54,863 nt of DNA, from positions 1 to 54,863 of the IMG/VR virus record IMGVR_UViG_3300036794_000049; one strand, 5' to 3'. Both the position numbers and the translations under genes were made by a program. The notes under the pieces were generated by a model, which did no database searches, was not told the origin of the DNA, and was given only the letters and a program-made list of their open reading frames with translations. The DNA comes from a virus (Duplodnaviria > Caudoviricetes). This document shows positions 8,923 through 18,677 of the stretch, in pieces. Position 1 is the first letter of the stretch; each line of letters starts with the position of its first letter.

Positions 8923-9455
8923 TCGACAAAGACGCCTTCAGCGCTGGCATGGCTCTCCTCGCGGGGGCATTCGGACGCGAGATCGATGCGCCAGTCGGGC
9001 GCGCCTACTTCGCGGTATTGAACCCGCAACTCACGACCGAGCAATTCGAGCGCGCGGTTCAACTGACGCTGGTGACAGAGAAGTTCTGGCCAGCGCCGGC
9101 CGTGCTGCTGGGGAAAATCTTCGCCGGCCCGAACGAAGCTGCGGAGCGCGCATTGCGATCGGTGAATGCGATGATCGACCGGTACGGCGGCGTCCAGTTC
9201 GTCCCGTACGCGAGCTGGTTGGAGTTCGACCCGCCAACCAAGGCTGCGGTGCTCGACGTCGGCGGCTTAGCAAAGATCGCGGGCACCCCAGAAGAGAAGT
9301 GGCCGGCGCTCCAGCGCAGGTTCGCCGACGCGTATCAGCGCGCGGCGACCGTGGCTAACTCAGAGCGGCAGCTCCGCGTGCCAACAACGGACGAGCGCGT
9401 AAAACAACTCACCAGCAATATCGCCAACGCCTTGGATATGAACCGCGATGCCTAA
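8919..9455 (+). CDS. Helicase loader/inhibitor-like protein (DUF6475-like)
   Basis: Coupled to the initiator; LTTEQFERAV...KFWPAPAVL motif. Confidence 0.55.
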   Translation: MIDKDAFSAGMALLAGAFGREIDAPVGRAYFAVLNPQLTTEQFERAVQLTLVTEKFWPAPAVLLGKIFAGPNEAAERALRSVNAMIDRYGGVQFVPYASWLEFDPPTKAAVLDVGGLAKIAGTPEEKWPALQRRFADAYQRAATVANSERQLRVPTTDERVKQLTSNIANALDMNRDA

Positions 9456-9804
9456 CGTTCGCATGGTCGGGCTGACACTCTACCAGCCGTGGGCGAGCCT
9501 CATGGTGACGCCGGATCCGCAGCGCGGCGATGGCAAGCCGCCGAAGGAATGGGAGACGCGGAGCTGGTACCCTCGCGTGCTGCCGGGGCTCGTCGCGATT
9601 CATGACTATGGCGTCGAAACCTGCTGCGACCTCGAGCCATGGTGGGAGGTCGATCACGTCATCCCGGTCAAAGACGGTGGGACCGACAATCCCGCGAATC
9701 TGCGGCTCGTCTGCCACGACTGCCACGTGGCGATCGGGTACGAGCAGCGCGCCGCTCGAAAAGGCCGCGAGTCCGGACAGTTCGCGCTCGGGGACGTCGC
9801 GTGA
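9448..9804 (+). CDS. Chimeric ASCH-N-terminus/HNH protein
   Basis: LTLYQPWASL...KEWETRSW...VAIH (ASCH) joined to EVDHVIPVKDGGTDNPANLRLVCHDCH (HNH). Confidence 0.7.
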   Translation: MPNVRMVGLTLYQPWASLMVTPDPQRGDGKPPKEWETRSWYPRVLPGLVAIHDYGVETCCDLEPWWEVDHVIPVKDGGTDNPANLRLVCHDCHVAIGYEQRAARKGRESGQFALGDVA

Positions 9805-10502
9805 GCAAACTCGATCGACTTCGCGCGATGAATCCGGGCGTCGACGAAAAGACGCTCGAGCGCGCAGCGGCCGCCAGGGACGAGCGCGCGATCGGACAGA
9901 AGCGATCGCGGACGGGCGCAACGTTTCAGCAGCAGCTCAGGGGAACGCACGAGAACTATCTCAATCGTGGCTGGGGTTTCGTGCTCGAGCAGTATCCGCC
10001 ATTCAAGAAAGTTCGCCGCGGCGACAAATGGGAATGGACGCCCGTCGGTAACGGCCGCTGCGACTACGCGGGACACGTGAATATCGACCCGAGCTGTCGC
10101 ACCACCGAATTCGCGCTCGGCGGCATTCTCGCGCACCCCGCGCCCGTCTACTTCGACGCGAAAGTGCTCGGCAAGAAAAAGGGCGCGACGTACGTGCACC
10201 CGACCGAGCAACAGCACCAGCTACTCGACTTGCGCGCGGCCCTACGCGGCGGCGGCTATGCCTTTCTGCTCGTTCACGCGCCGGAAGTCGAGCGGGCGTT
10301 CGTGATCGGGATCGCCGAACACTTCGAGGTTTTGATGCGCGGGAACGGCATCAGACTGTGGGAGCGCGAGCCCGTCGGACTATGCCGCCCCGTGCCGCCG
10401 TTTGGCGAAATCTTCCCGCGCCTGCCCTGGTGCGAATACTCGCTCGCGATCGGCTGGCATTGGGCGCCGCAGCTCCGGTTCATTCAGGGCGGCGAGACGT
10501 AA
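9801..10502 (+). CDS. RecU-like Holliday junction resolvase
   Basis: G.TF...Y, CDYAG, YFDAK, HQL..L and GGYAFLLV motifs; GTG start overlaps the previous stop. Confidence 0.7.
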   Translation: MSKLDRLRAMNPGVDEKTLERAAAARDERAIGQKRSRTGATFQQQLRGTHENYLNRGWGFVLEQYPPFKKVRRGDKWEWTPVGNGRCDYAGHVNIDPSCRTTEFALGGILAHPAPVYFDAKVLGKKKGATYVHPTEQQHQLLDLRAALRGGGYAFLLVHAPEVERAFVIGIAEHFEVLMRGNGIRLWEREPVGLCRPVPPFGEIFPRLPWCEYSLAIGWHWAPQLRFIQGGET

Positions 10503-10533
10503 CCGCATGACACTCGCCAGAATACACCACGTC

Positions 10534-10572
10534 AGTAAAATACTTGACAACATAAGTAAAGACGTTTACTAT
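10534..10572 (+). promoter_or_regulatory. Sigma70 promoter with tandem operator-like palindromes
   Basis: TTGACA (10544)-17-TACTAT (10567). Sites AGTAAA-ATAC-TTGACA (10534) and perfect AGTAAA-GACG-TTTACT (10555). Confidence 0.75.
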
Positions 10573-10617
10573 ACTCTCGTGCAGGCAGTTAGGACTCTTC
10601 ACCGCGAGGGTATCGAG

Positions 10618-11721
10618 ATGTACGACAGAGCAGAGTTCGTTCAGACCCGCAACGGCTCGACGCAGGTTTTCCGGAACCCCGAGCTCGACAAACACGAGAA
10701 CGGGGTGGCCACCGTCTTCTCCGTGAAAGAAGACATGTGGCATCGCGAGGGCATCGTGATCGCCGAAGCGCCGAGCCGCGCAAAGGCGATGGAGCTCGCG
10801 GGCCACAACTTCGAGGTCGAGACGCGGCCGCTCGAGGCGGTTGTGGAAGTGCGGGAAGGGGAGACGATCAATCTCGCCGTGCCGGATGCATTCGCGACGG
10901 TCCGCACCGATCGCAATAAGGTTTTGGGCGTCGTGGGCCGCACGTACACGCCACTGCAGAACGCCGACGCGTTCGCAACGCTTGATCCCATCCTGGAGGC
11001 TGGTATCGCAACACTGGAGACCGGTGGCACGCTCCGCGAGGGCAAGGACGTATGGATGCAGGTTCGGCTCTCGCTCGATCTGCCTGGTGTCTTCAACACG
11101 GGCGAGGTCGTTCCGTTTCTGCTCGTCGCCAACAACCACTCTGGCGAACGGAAGGCATCGGTCTCCGTCACGCCCCAGCGCGTCGTCTGCCGCAACACGT
11201 TAGGCATCGCGTTCAACCGCGGCTCGCTCGGCATGGATCGCGCGCTCCGTGTGTTTCACCGCGCGAATGTGAAGAGCCGAACGACCGAGGCCGTTGCGCA
11301 AATCGTTGCGGAGCTGACGACGAGCTTCACGATCGTGGCGCGCCAGTATGACGCGCTCCGCCAGCGGTTCCTCTCGGAAGAGGAGTTCTCCAGCCACGTG
11401 TTGGACGTGATCGCCCCACTCCCGGAGAAGCCGGAAGGCGAGCGCGCGAGCAAGAACCGCATCGCGACGGCCGCGTGGGAGAAGGCCGCTGCACGCGCCC
11501 AGGCGAAGCGCGATCGGCTCTCGACGCTCTGGGTCGACGGCGATGGCCACACCGGTGATCACTCAGCGTGGGAGAGCTACAACGCGGCCGTGCAGTCGAT
11601 CGACCACGATGCGGATCTCTGGAAGGTCGAGGGTGATTCGCGGTTAGCCTCGCTGTGGCAAGGCCAGCTCGCCCGTACGAAGCAAACCGTACTCGATTCC
11701 CTGTACGCACTGACAGACTAA
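10618..11721 (+). CDS. DUF932 family protein
   Basis: VRTD..KVLGVVG..YTPLQN.DAF, ETGG.L..G..VW and NNHSG...TPQRVVCRNTL motifs. Confidence 0.85.
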   Translation: MYDRAEFVQTRNGSTQVFRNPELDKHENGVATVFSVKEDMWHREGIVIAEAPSRAKAMELAGHNFEVETRPLEAVVEVREGETINLAVPDAFATVRTDRNKVLGVVGRTYTPLQNADAFATLDPILEAGIATLETGGTLREGKDVWMQVRLSLDLPGVFNTGEVVPFLLVANNHSGERKASVSVTPQRVVCRNTLGIAFNRGSLGMDRALRVFHRANVKSRTTEAVAQIVAELTTSFTIVARQYDALRQRFLSEEEFSSHVLDVIAPLPEKPEGERASKNRIATAAWEKAAARAQAKRDRLSTLWVDGDGHTGDHSAWESYNAAVQSIDHDADLWKVEGDSRLASLWQGQLARTKQTVLDSLYALTD

Positions 11722-11731
11722 CCGTCGCCGG

Positions 11732-11766
11732 GGGCCAGCGCCTAACAAGCGCTGGCCCGCTTCTCA
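11732..11766 (+). terminator. Hairpin, possible terminator
   Basis: GGGCCAGCGC-7nt-GCGCTGGCCC followed by GCTTCTCA. Confidence 0.5.
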
Positions 11767-11768
11767 TC

Positions 11769-12497
11769 ATGCAGACCAAGCATTCGGGTAAGTACGTGCG
11801 CGCGGAGTCGGACGCCGAGGAGAAGGTGTCGCAGCTCCCGTGCGCAGCGCGTCAGTTCTTCTATCGGGATTGCATGCGTCACGGCTCGTGGATCGAGATT
11901 GCGTACGCCCGCGTCGCGATCGAGCTCTGTCGACGCGGGTATCTCTTTCCGCCCTCGGCGGTGACGACTGCCGTGGACTCTGCGGCTAGCAAGCTCGCCC
12001 CGAAGGATCTCATCGGCGCCAAGCGCGTCGCATTCGACAAGGACGCGTGCCGGCGGCTCGCCGAGGTCCTGATCGATCGCAACCTGGTGCTCGCGGAGCC
12101 GCAGCGGGACCTCTACGCGCGCGATTGGGCGCAGTTCACCGACGACATGCACGTCGATCCCACCACGTACGACCCGCGCGACGACGACGCACCAGGCGAA
12201 CGCAAAGCACGGCAATGGCGGTATGCCGGCCTCCGGAACCGCGCGATGCGGGACAAGCTCGAGCGCGGCGAATGCCTCGATCTCTCGGGCTGCCAGCGCA
12301 ACGCAGCGGGCGACTACATCCTCTCGCCGGACGTGTGGCAGGAAGGCATCGACTACTGCGACGCGGAGACCGAGGAGTGGGTGTGGTCGATCGGTCGCGC
12401 CTTCCACACCCCGCATGGTGAGAAACCGCTCATCCTCGCCAGCACGACAACGAAGTTCTACGGCTCGTCCGCATTCGAATGTCTCTTCCTTCGCTGA
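11769..12497 (+). CDS. Hypothetical protein
   Basis: ORF with protein-like composition; start uncertain. Confidence 0.65.
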   Translation: MQTKHSGKYVRAESDAEEKVSQLPCAARQFFYRDCMRHGSWIEIAYARVAIELCRRGYLFPPSAVTTAVDSAASKLAPKDLIGAKRVAFDKDACRRLAEVLIDRNLVLAEPQRDLYARDWAQFTDDMHVDPTTYDPRDDDAPGERKARQWRYAGLRNRAMRDKLERGECLDLSGCQRNAAGDYILSPDVWQEGIDYCDAETEEWVWSIGRAFHTPHGEKPLILASTTTKFYGSSAFECLFLR

Positions 12498-12597
12498 TGC
12501 GATAGGAGCGCTGGGACTCCGAATCGCGCCGAGCGTCCCATTAGTCCCCTCGGCGCACCTCCCTCTCTTCACCCATTCACCCCCGAGGTGAATTTCG

Positions 12598-13044
12598 ATG
12601 GAAACCGAAACGGAAAAGGGCGTCGAGCTCCCGACGCCGTACCGAGAGTACACGGCGAAGCTGGAAGCGCTCGGCTTTCGTGGCCCCATGCACATTGGCA
12701 ATACCGGTGACTTCACCTATGGGCTCTACATGCTCGGCATGTACGGCCGGCCGCTGATCCTCCAGCACGACAACGCGAACTGCACGCCCTGGGTGCCGCT
12801 CACGGAGAGCAATCGCATCGATGACACATTGATCCGCCTGGGCGCCTACGCCGAGGGCGATCGATTCGTGCTCCTGAAATCCGCCCTCGAGAACCTCCAG
12901 CAGGCTGGAGTGCTGCAAGAGATCGCGGACCTGTTGGCGCAGTATGACCGTCAGCCGATGATGTCCGCTCGATTCGTCCAGAGCGTGCGCCACATCCTCG
13001 CCAGAGCGGGCCAGCCGCGGAAGCCGGGAGCATCCAATGGCTAG
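12598..13044 (+). CDS. Hypothetical protein
   Basis: GAGGTG RBS; 148 aa. Confidence 0.7.
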   Translation: METETEKGVELPTPYREYTAKLEALGFRGPMHIGNTGDFTYGLYMLGMYGRPLILQHDNANCTPWVPLTESNRIDDTLIRLGAYAEGDRFVLLKSALENLQQAGVLQEIADLLAQYDRQPMMSARFVQSVRHILARAGQPRKPGASNG

Positions 13045-13291
13045 CGTCTACAATCGCGGTATGTCGGCTGCGATGCTCGCCGTCGCCGCGTCGATCCCAG
13101 CGGTTTCGATCGGCTCGAGACAGGCTCCGATCGCGAGGGTAGAGGAACCGGAGCTGCTGCCCACGCAGCTCGGGCCCGGTCACTTCCGTCACGGGGGCAA
13201 CAACAAACCGCGCGAGCGCATGCTGGCCGCTCGGCGCCGGCGCAACCGCGAGGCTCGCAAGAGCCGCCGAAAGAACCGCAGCCGCTCCTAA
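13037..13291 (+). CDS. Small Arg-rich hypothetical protein
   Basis: GGAG RBS; overlaps the previous stop. Confidence 0.6.
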   Translation: MASVYNRGMSAAMLAVAASIPAVSIGSRQAPIARVEEPELLPTQLGPGHFRHGGNNKPRERMLAARRRRNREARKSRRKNRSRS

Positions 13292-13313
13292 ACGCCGCGC
13301 TGAGGCGCGATCT

Positions 13314-13358
13314 GAGCGCCGGGCCCCCGTTGGAAGGAGGCCCGGCGCTCCTCGTTTT
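13314..13358 (+). terminator. Intrinsic terminator
   Basis: 12-bp stem GAGCGCCGGGCC/GGCCCGGCGCTC followed by CTCGTTTT. Confidence 0.65.
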
Positions 13359-13390
13359 ACGGGGCCCTGAGACGGTCGTCTACTTGGTGC

Positions 13391-13429
13391 CATAAAACTC
13401 TTGCGTAATAAAGTTAAGAGTTTTACTCT
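13391..13429 (+). promoter_or_regulatory. Promoter with tandem operator-like sites
   Basis: TTGCGT (13401)-17-TACTCT (13424). Sites CATAAA-ACTC-TTGCGT (13391) and AGTTAA-GAGT-TTTACT (13412). Confidence 0.7.
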
Positions 13430-13474
13430 TCCAGTGTAGGACATCTCCAACCGCTTGCACCGAGGGCCGAGACC

Positions 13475-13795
13475 GTGACACACACCCCGTATCCGATGGA
13501 CCTGAACGAACTCACCAGCGCCGAACGCATTGACGTCGAGCGCGACGGCATGAGCGCTGAGAATCGCGCCATACTGGCCAAGCAGGCCGAGGATGCCGAG
13601 CGCTTCATCCAGCACCTGAAGCACTCTCCGCTCGTTGAGCACGCCATCACGAATCTCCGCGAGGTCGTGGAACTCGGGAATTCGGTGGACTTTTACGCGA
13701 AGACCGGAGAATCGCACAGCCTACCGACGACGTTCGGCCACATGCTCGGTCGCATTGAAAACCTGCTGATCGAGCTCCGCTGCCGGGAGGGCTGA
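13475..13795 (+). CDS. Hypothetical protein
   Basis: First ORF after the promoter. Confidence 0.65.
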   Translation: MTHTPYPMDLNELTSAERIDVERDGMSAENRAILAKQAEDAERFIQHLKHSPLVEHAITNLREVVELGNSVDFYAKTGESHSLPTTFGHMLGRIENLLIELRCREG

Positions 13796-13798
13796 CCG

Positions 13799-14365
13799 AT
13801 GACCCCCGACCTCCTGATCTGCCGCAACATCCAATTCGACCGGAAGAGCGGCAACGCGCTGATTATCGGTCACGACTGCAAGGTCTACTTCGCCGAGCCT
13901 CGTGTGGCGCGCGGGCTCATGGATGCGAGCGCCGCGGACCTGGCGGCGTTCATCGGCGCGGCCTGCGTGTGCGACGGGCGCGTCATCACGGGGTTCCGGA
14001 ACTTGACGGAAAGCGAGCGCGAACGGCTCGCGGAGCACTTGGGCGGTGGTCAGCTCGCGACAGCTGGCGAGAGCGAGAGCGATCTCCCGCGGCCCATGGG
14101 CTCCACGCCCGCCATCAAGATCGATCACCGCGTCATCCTCGACCGGTACGGCATCGCGATCGAAGTGCGGCGCGCGAACGACGCGACGGAGCAGCTCGAG
14201 GCGATCGCCTATCCACTGACCCGCTGCGGCGCCATGAGCCCAAAGGGCACCACCGTGACGCGCTGGACGCCCGAACTCCTGGACGAAATCAACCGGGTGC
14301 TCGGGACCGAATACACGTTTGCTGATTTCGGCATCGAGGAGGAGGACGATGGCTTGCCCATCTGA
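13799..14365 (+). CDS. Hypothetical protein
   Basis: GGAGG RBS; 188 aa. Confidence 0.7.
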   Translation: MTPDLLICRNIQFDRKSGNALIIGHDCKVYFAEPRVARGLMDASAADLAAFIGAACVCDGRVITGFRNLTESERERLAEHLGGGQLATAGESESDLPRPMGSTPAIKIDHRVILDRYGIAIEVRRANDATEQLEAIAYPLTRCGAMSPKGTTVTRWTPELLDEINRVLGTEYTFADFGIEEEDDGLPI

Positions 14366-14620
14366 TCGATCCACTCTGCCGGCGGTGGTACTCGCCGAGG
14401 CCGGATCGCATTGCATCTGGTGCGATAAGAAGGCGGCGGCCGGTGAGCGCTGGCTCACGGACGCGAACGAGTGGCTCTACTGCTCCGCGGAATGCTTCGC
14501 ACTCGTCGCGATGAACCTGACGGACGGCACGGAAGAGACGCGACCCCCGCTCCCGAAGACGAAGGACTACACCGATGCGTTCCTCTGCGCGCGGTTGGCG
14601 CTCGGAGCGGGGAGGCTGCT

Positions 14621-14914
14621 GTGACCGCGGCTGATTCGACACAGGCGCAGAAATGGCTCGAGGAGCCGTTGCGCGAGGGCCATTCTCCCGCGCCGGCTAC
14701 GGATGAGGATCTCCGCAACTCCGGCCTCGAGACCATCACGCAGTGCGCCAGGCGCATGCTGGTGCAGCACCAGGGCGATCGGCGCGATGGAATGACAGCG
14801 ATGCACGCGGCGCGGTTAACGGCGGAAGGCGTCGCGCGCTCCTGGCGGATCGTCGGCAACACGAAATTAGCAGACTTCTATGGCCGCGTCGCGGCGTCAC
14901 TGAGTGAGGGCTGA
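14621..14914 (+). CDS. Hypothetical protein
   Basis: GGAGG RBS; GTGA overlap with the small CxxC ORF at 14349-14624. Confidence 0.55.
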   Translation: MTAADSTQAQKWLEEPLREGHSPAPATDEDLRNSGLETITQCARRMLVQHQGDRRDGMTAMHAARLTAEGVARSWRIVGNTKLADFYGRVAASLSEG

Positions 14915-16660
14915 ATGGGGAAGAGCAGGCGCAAAAAATCGAGCACTCTCACGGTGACGGATCAGTTCTGCGGCGCCGGTGGCAGCTCCGAGGGAGCGAT
15001 CGCTGCCGGCGCCGAGGTGCAGGTGGCGCTCAACCATTGGGACAAGGCGATCGACACCTACACGATTAATCACGGGAAGCGCGTTCGCGTCATCGAGCGC
15101 GCGGACGTCTCCAACACTGATCCGCGCCGCTATCCGTCGACGGACATCCTCATCACGAGCCCGGAGTGCACCACACACTCGCCAGCGGGCGGGAACCGGC
15201 GCCGGCCCGCACCACAGCGGGATTTCTTCATTCCCGCCGCGGCCGACGATTCGACCGTGCGGAGTCGCGCCACCATGTGGGACGTGCCGCGGTTCGCCGA
15301 GTACCACGACTACAACGGCATCATCGTCGAGAACGTCGTGGAGGTGCTACGCTGGGTGCTCTTCAACGATTGGCTGCGCGCGATGCACACGCTGGGATAC
15401 GCGCACAAGATCGTCTCGCTCAATTCGATGTTCTGCCACCCGACGCCACAATCGCGCGACCGCATCTATATCGTGTTCTGGAAGAGCGGGAATCGCGCGC
15501 CGGACCTCGACGTCAGGCCGTGGGCGCCGTGCTTCAAATGCAGCGCGGACGTGCGAGCTCGCCAGACATTCAAGAATGGCCGTTGGGTGGGGAAGTATCG
15601 ATTTCAGTACGTGTATGCCTGCCCGCACTGCCACAGCACCGTGACCCCATACTATTTCGCGGCGCTCAACGCGATCGACTTCTCGATTCCGGGCGAGCGG
15701 ATCGGCGATCGACCGAAGCCGCTGCGCCAGCGTACGCGCGATCGCGTCCAGTACGGGCTCGACAAGTACGGCAATCGCGTGCTGGTGGTGAACGTCAAGC
15801 AAGGGGAGCGCGACAGCTCGCGCGCCTGGCCGGCGGACACTCGGCCGTTAGGTACCGTGCCGAGCTGGGACAACTATTTCGCGGTGACGACGCCCTTTCT
15901 GGTGAAGCTCCGTGGGACCGAGCAGTCGCATATTGAACGGAGCGCGACCGGACTCGATGATCCGACACCAACGCTCGTCGCATCCGGAATGTCAGCCGCG
16001 CTCGTCTCTCCGGCATTCATCGCGATGCGTCGAATGGGGGATCAGACAAAGCCGCTCGACGCTGCACTGCCCGCAGTAACCACCGGTGAATCTCAGCATC
16101 TTCTCATCACACCAGACGCGCCGTTCATTGTTGGTTGCGCCAACACGAATAGCACGCCGTGTCGCGTCCGCGGGATTGACGATCCGCTCATGACGGTGCA
16201 CGCCGGTGGCAACAATCCAGCGCTGATCACCGGTGCCGCGCTCCTGTCGCTGCGGGACGCAAAGGCGATGCACGTGGGCGATCTCTCAGAGCCCACGATG
16301 ACGCAAACCGCTCAGCAACAGAGCGCGCTCGTGACGCGACTGCCATTCCTCACGCAGTATTACCAGGGTGGCGGCCAGGTGGCGAGCGTAGAGGATGGGA
16401 TGCCGACTGTCAGCACACGCGATCGCTCTGGCTTGATCGTGCCGCAGGAAAAGCTCTCGGTGGACGACTGCTATTTCCGGATGCTCCAGCCCCACGAGAT
16501 CGGGGCCGCGATGGCATTCCCAAGCAGCTACGTGGTAGTTGGCACCAAGCGCGACCGAGTGAAGCAATACGGCAACGCCGTCACACCGCCGGTCATGTCT
16601 GAGCTTTTCAGACGACTGGCTCACTCGATCGAACCGACGATTGGCTATGACGCGGCGTAG
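14915..16660 (+). CDS. DNA cytosine-5 methyltransferase with long variable region
   Basis: Motifs DQFCGAGG (I), SPEC (IV), ENV (VI), QSRDR (VIII), R.L...E and GNAV (IX/X). Confidence 0.93.
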   Translation: MGKSRRKKSSTLTVTDQFCGAGGSSEGAIAAGAEVQVALNHWDKAIDTYTINHGKRVRVIERADVSNTDPRRYPSTDILITSPECTTHSPAGGNRRRPAPQRDFFIPAAADDSTVRSRATMWDVPRFAEYHDYNGIIVENVVEVLRWVLFNDWLRAMHTLGYAHKIVSLNSMFCHPTPQSRDRIYIVFWKSGNRAPDLDVRPWAPCFKCSADVRARQTFKNGRWVGKYRFQYVYACPHCHSTVTPYYFAALNAIDFSIPGERIGDRPKPLRQRTRDRVQYGLDKYGNRVLVVNVKQGERDSSRAWPADTRPLGTVPSWDNYFAVTTPFLVKLRGTEQSHIERSATGLDDPTPTLVASGMSAALVSPAFIAMRRMGDQTKPLDAALPAVTTGESQHLLITPDAPFIVGCANTNSTPCRVRGIDDPLMTVHAGGNNPALITGAALLSLRDAKAMHVGDLSEPTMTQTAQQQSALVTRLPFLTQYYQGGGQVASVEDGMPTVSTRDRSGLIVPQEKLSVDDCYFRMLQPHEIGAAMAFPSSYVVVGTKRDRVKQYGNAVTPPVMSELFRRLAHSIEPTIGYDAA

Positions 16661-16667
16661 CAAATGC

Positions 16668-17069
16668 TCACTTGAATCGACGGCGCTGGACCTGTGGCTG
16701 CGGTGGCGGATCCGTCCCCAACAACTGCGCTTTGCGCCTCGCGAATTCCTCGTCTGTGAGGTGTCCGCGCTCCTTGAGCGCCGCTAACCTCTCGAGCTCT
16801 TCGATCGGCGACAATTGCTGCGGCTTTGTCGGTGTGGCTGGCTCCGGCTTTATCCCGACGCGGTTGGGTGTCGCGTCCGTCTTGTGCCGACGTGCCTTCT
16901 CCTCGCGCTCCCGAAGTGCATCATCTCGTCGCACCCAGGCGATCACGAGTCCAATCGGGCCGAGCAGAAATCCCCACATGAAACCTTCACCGCCCCGATC
17001 AGCAGCGTCGAGGAGGAAGGCGCCGGCAGCGCCGAAGATGCCGGCCGATATGAGCCAGAACAGCAGCAC
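16668..17069 (-). CDS. Membrane protein with C-terminal SHOCT domain (moron-like)
   Basis: Two TM segments (GFLLGPIGLVIAW) and EELERLAALKERGHLTDEEFARRKAQLL. It is the only credible minus-strand gene. Confidence 0.8.
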   Translation of the reverse strand: MLLFWLISAGIFGAAGAFLLDAADRGGEGFMWGFLLGPIGLVIAWVRRDDALREREEKARRHKTDATPNRVGIKPEPATPTKPQQLSPIEELERLAALKERGHLTDEEFARRKAQLLGTDPPPQPQVQRRRFK

Positions 17070-17204
17070 GTGAAAACCCCGCAGATCAGGAGTCGGGGAA
17101 TTATCGTGCGGCGCCAGCCGATCCGCTCCCGAAGAGAAACCGTTAACTGTTAGGCCGCGGCTCCCGCTACACTCCCTCGGCAAGTCTGTGTCACCGAGGG
17201 AGTT

Positions 17205-17696
17205 ATGTGGGTCGTGAACAAAATCGTACACGGTTACCAAAACCGGCGTTTTAATACATTCGTAATCTTGGCAGCGGTGTCTGCCTGCACGGTTGGTCAT
17301 CCGCAGACTGCGCCGGCGCCGCTTGAGCCGAATCCGACACCGATCGCTGCACCGGTCTCGCGCACCTGGGATGCACTCGTCGAGACGCTGGTGACGCAGC
17401 AGATCCCCACGAAGACCGTCGCGAAAGAATCAGGTCTCCTCGAGAGTGGGCCAATGAGCTTGGAGAGCTGGGGCATTCGCAATAAAGAGGCGGTCGCTGG
17501 GGACTGCGGATTCGGCCAGCACGCCTACTTTGTCGGTTTCACGTTTCTCGTGCGCGGCGACAGCGCGAACTCCACACTGCTCGTCACGCCCCACTACACT
17601 GGCGACAAAGGCGGCGCCTGCAAAACGACGGGCCAGTGGGAGAGCACTATCGCGAAGGCGGTGCGTGCGCGGGCTGAGGGGAAGAGCACCGGTTAG
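17205..17696 (+). CDS. Lipoprotein (moron-like, possible superinfection exclusion)
   Basis: FVILAAVSA-C lipobox; divergent from the SHOCT gene. Start may be GTG 17213. Confidence 0.7.
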   Translation: MWVVNKIVHGYQNRRFNTFVILAAVSACTVGHPQTAPAPLEPNPTPIAAPVSRTWDALVETLVTQQIPTKTVAKESGLLESGPMSLESWGIRNKEAVAGDCGFGQHAYFVGFTFLVRGDSANSTLLVTPHYTGDKGGACKTTGQWESTIAKAVRARAEGKSTG

Positions 17697-17698
17697 CC

Positions 17699-17727
17699 TT
17701 TACGCATCGCCGCAAGAGTTTTACTAT
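17699..17727 (+). promoter_or_regulatory. Promoter with operator-like site; probably yields a leaderless mRNA
   Basis: TTTACG-17-TACTAT with CCGCAA-GAGT-TTTACT (17710). ATG 17735 lies 7 nt after the -10 box. Confidence 0.6.
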
Positions 17728-17734
17728 TGCGGTC

Positions 17735-18076
17735 ATGGAATCCAGTGATTTTCCGTGGCGCGAGAAGGATGGCACGTACCGCAATGCGCGGTACACGGTC
17801 ACTCCCCACCTCGAGAGCAGGGCGGACGACGAATGGTCGTACACGGTGCGCGATCGGGAGCTGAATCTCGCCATCGTCGTCCAAGTCAGCGCCTGGGAAG
17901 CGAAGCGCAGCAAGAGCGCGAGCTGGTGGGCCGAGCGCGGCAACGTCGGGATGGCGCGCTACGAGGCGGAGCGATGGGCAGCCTCCCGCGCGCGAGATCT
18001 CGGCGCTTCGCTGATTCAATCGGCATCGAGAGCTCCGCGTGCGGCCGATCGACCGTTCGGGAGCGAACGTGTCTAA
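17735..18076 (+). CDS. Hypothetical protein
   Basis: 113-aa ORF after the promoter. Confidence 0.6.
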   Translation: MESSDFPWREKDGTYRNARYTVTPHLESRADDEWSYTVRDRELNLAIVVQVSAWEAKRSKSASWWAERGNVGMARYEAERWAASRARDLGASLIQSASRAPRAADRPFGSERV

Positions 18077-18677
18077 CGACTCCGCGCCGCTACAGGTCCA
18101 AGAGTGGGAGCTCGCGAAGCTCCGGCCGTACCCGAACAATCCGCGGAAGAACGAGCCGGCGCTGCACCGCATGGTGGGCGCGCTCGAGGAGTTCGGGTTC
18201 CGCATTCCGATTCTGATCAAATCGGACGGCACGATCATCGACGGGCACCTGCGCGCTCGAGCGGCTGAAGCGAAGGGCATGAGCACCATTCCGGTGATTG
18301 TCGCGGACGACCTCACGGAAGCGCAGGTGCATGCGTTCCGGCTGCTCGCGAATAAGTCGGTGAGCTGGGCGGAGTGGGATGAGGAGCTGCTCCGGCGCGA
18401 GCTGCAGTTGATCGGAGAACTCGGCGTCGACGACCTCACCGTCACGGGGTTCGACGACAAGGAGCTCGCGAAGCTGCTCAGCGAGGACGTGACCGTCACG
18501 CTCGAGCCGGTCGAGGTCGCACCGTTCCCGCACTACACATGGGCGCTCGTCGGCATCCCCACGGGCCGGTACATTGAGATCGCGGAGCACATCGAAGCGA
18601 TCTCGCTGACGCCTGACGTCTTCGTCGAGCTCACGGCGAACGAACAGAAACCGCCTGCGAAGAAAGCCAATGTCTGA
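18069..18677 (+). CDS. ParB/Srx N-terminal domain protein
   Basis: LRPYPNNPRKN, EFGFRIPILI, IIDGHLR and FRLLANK..WAEWDEELL motifs. Confidence 0.88.
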   Translation: MSNDSAPLQVQEWELAKLRPYPNNPRKNEPALHRMVGALEEFGFRIPILIKSDGTIIDGHLRARAAEAKGMSTIPVIVADDLTEAQVHAFRLLANKSVSWAEWDEELLRRELQLIGELGVDDLTVTGFDDKELAKLLSEDVTVTLEPVEVAPFPHYTWALVGIPTGRYIEIAEHIEAISLTPDVFVELTANEQKPPAKKANV

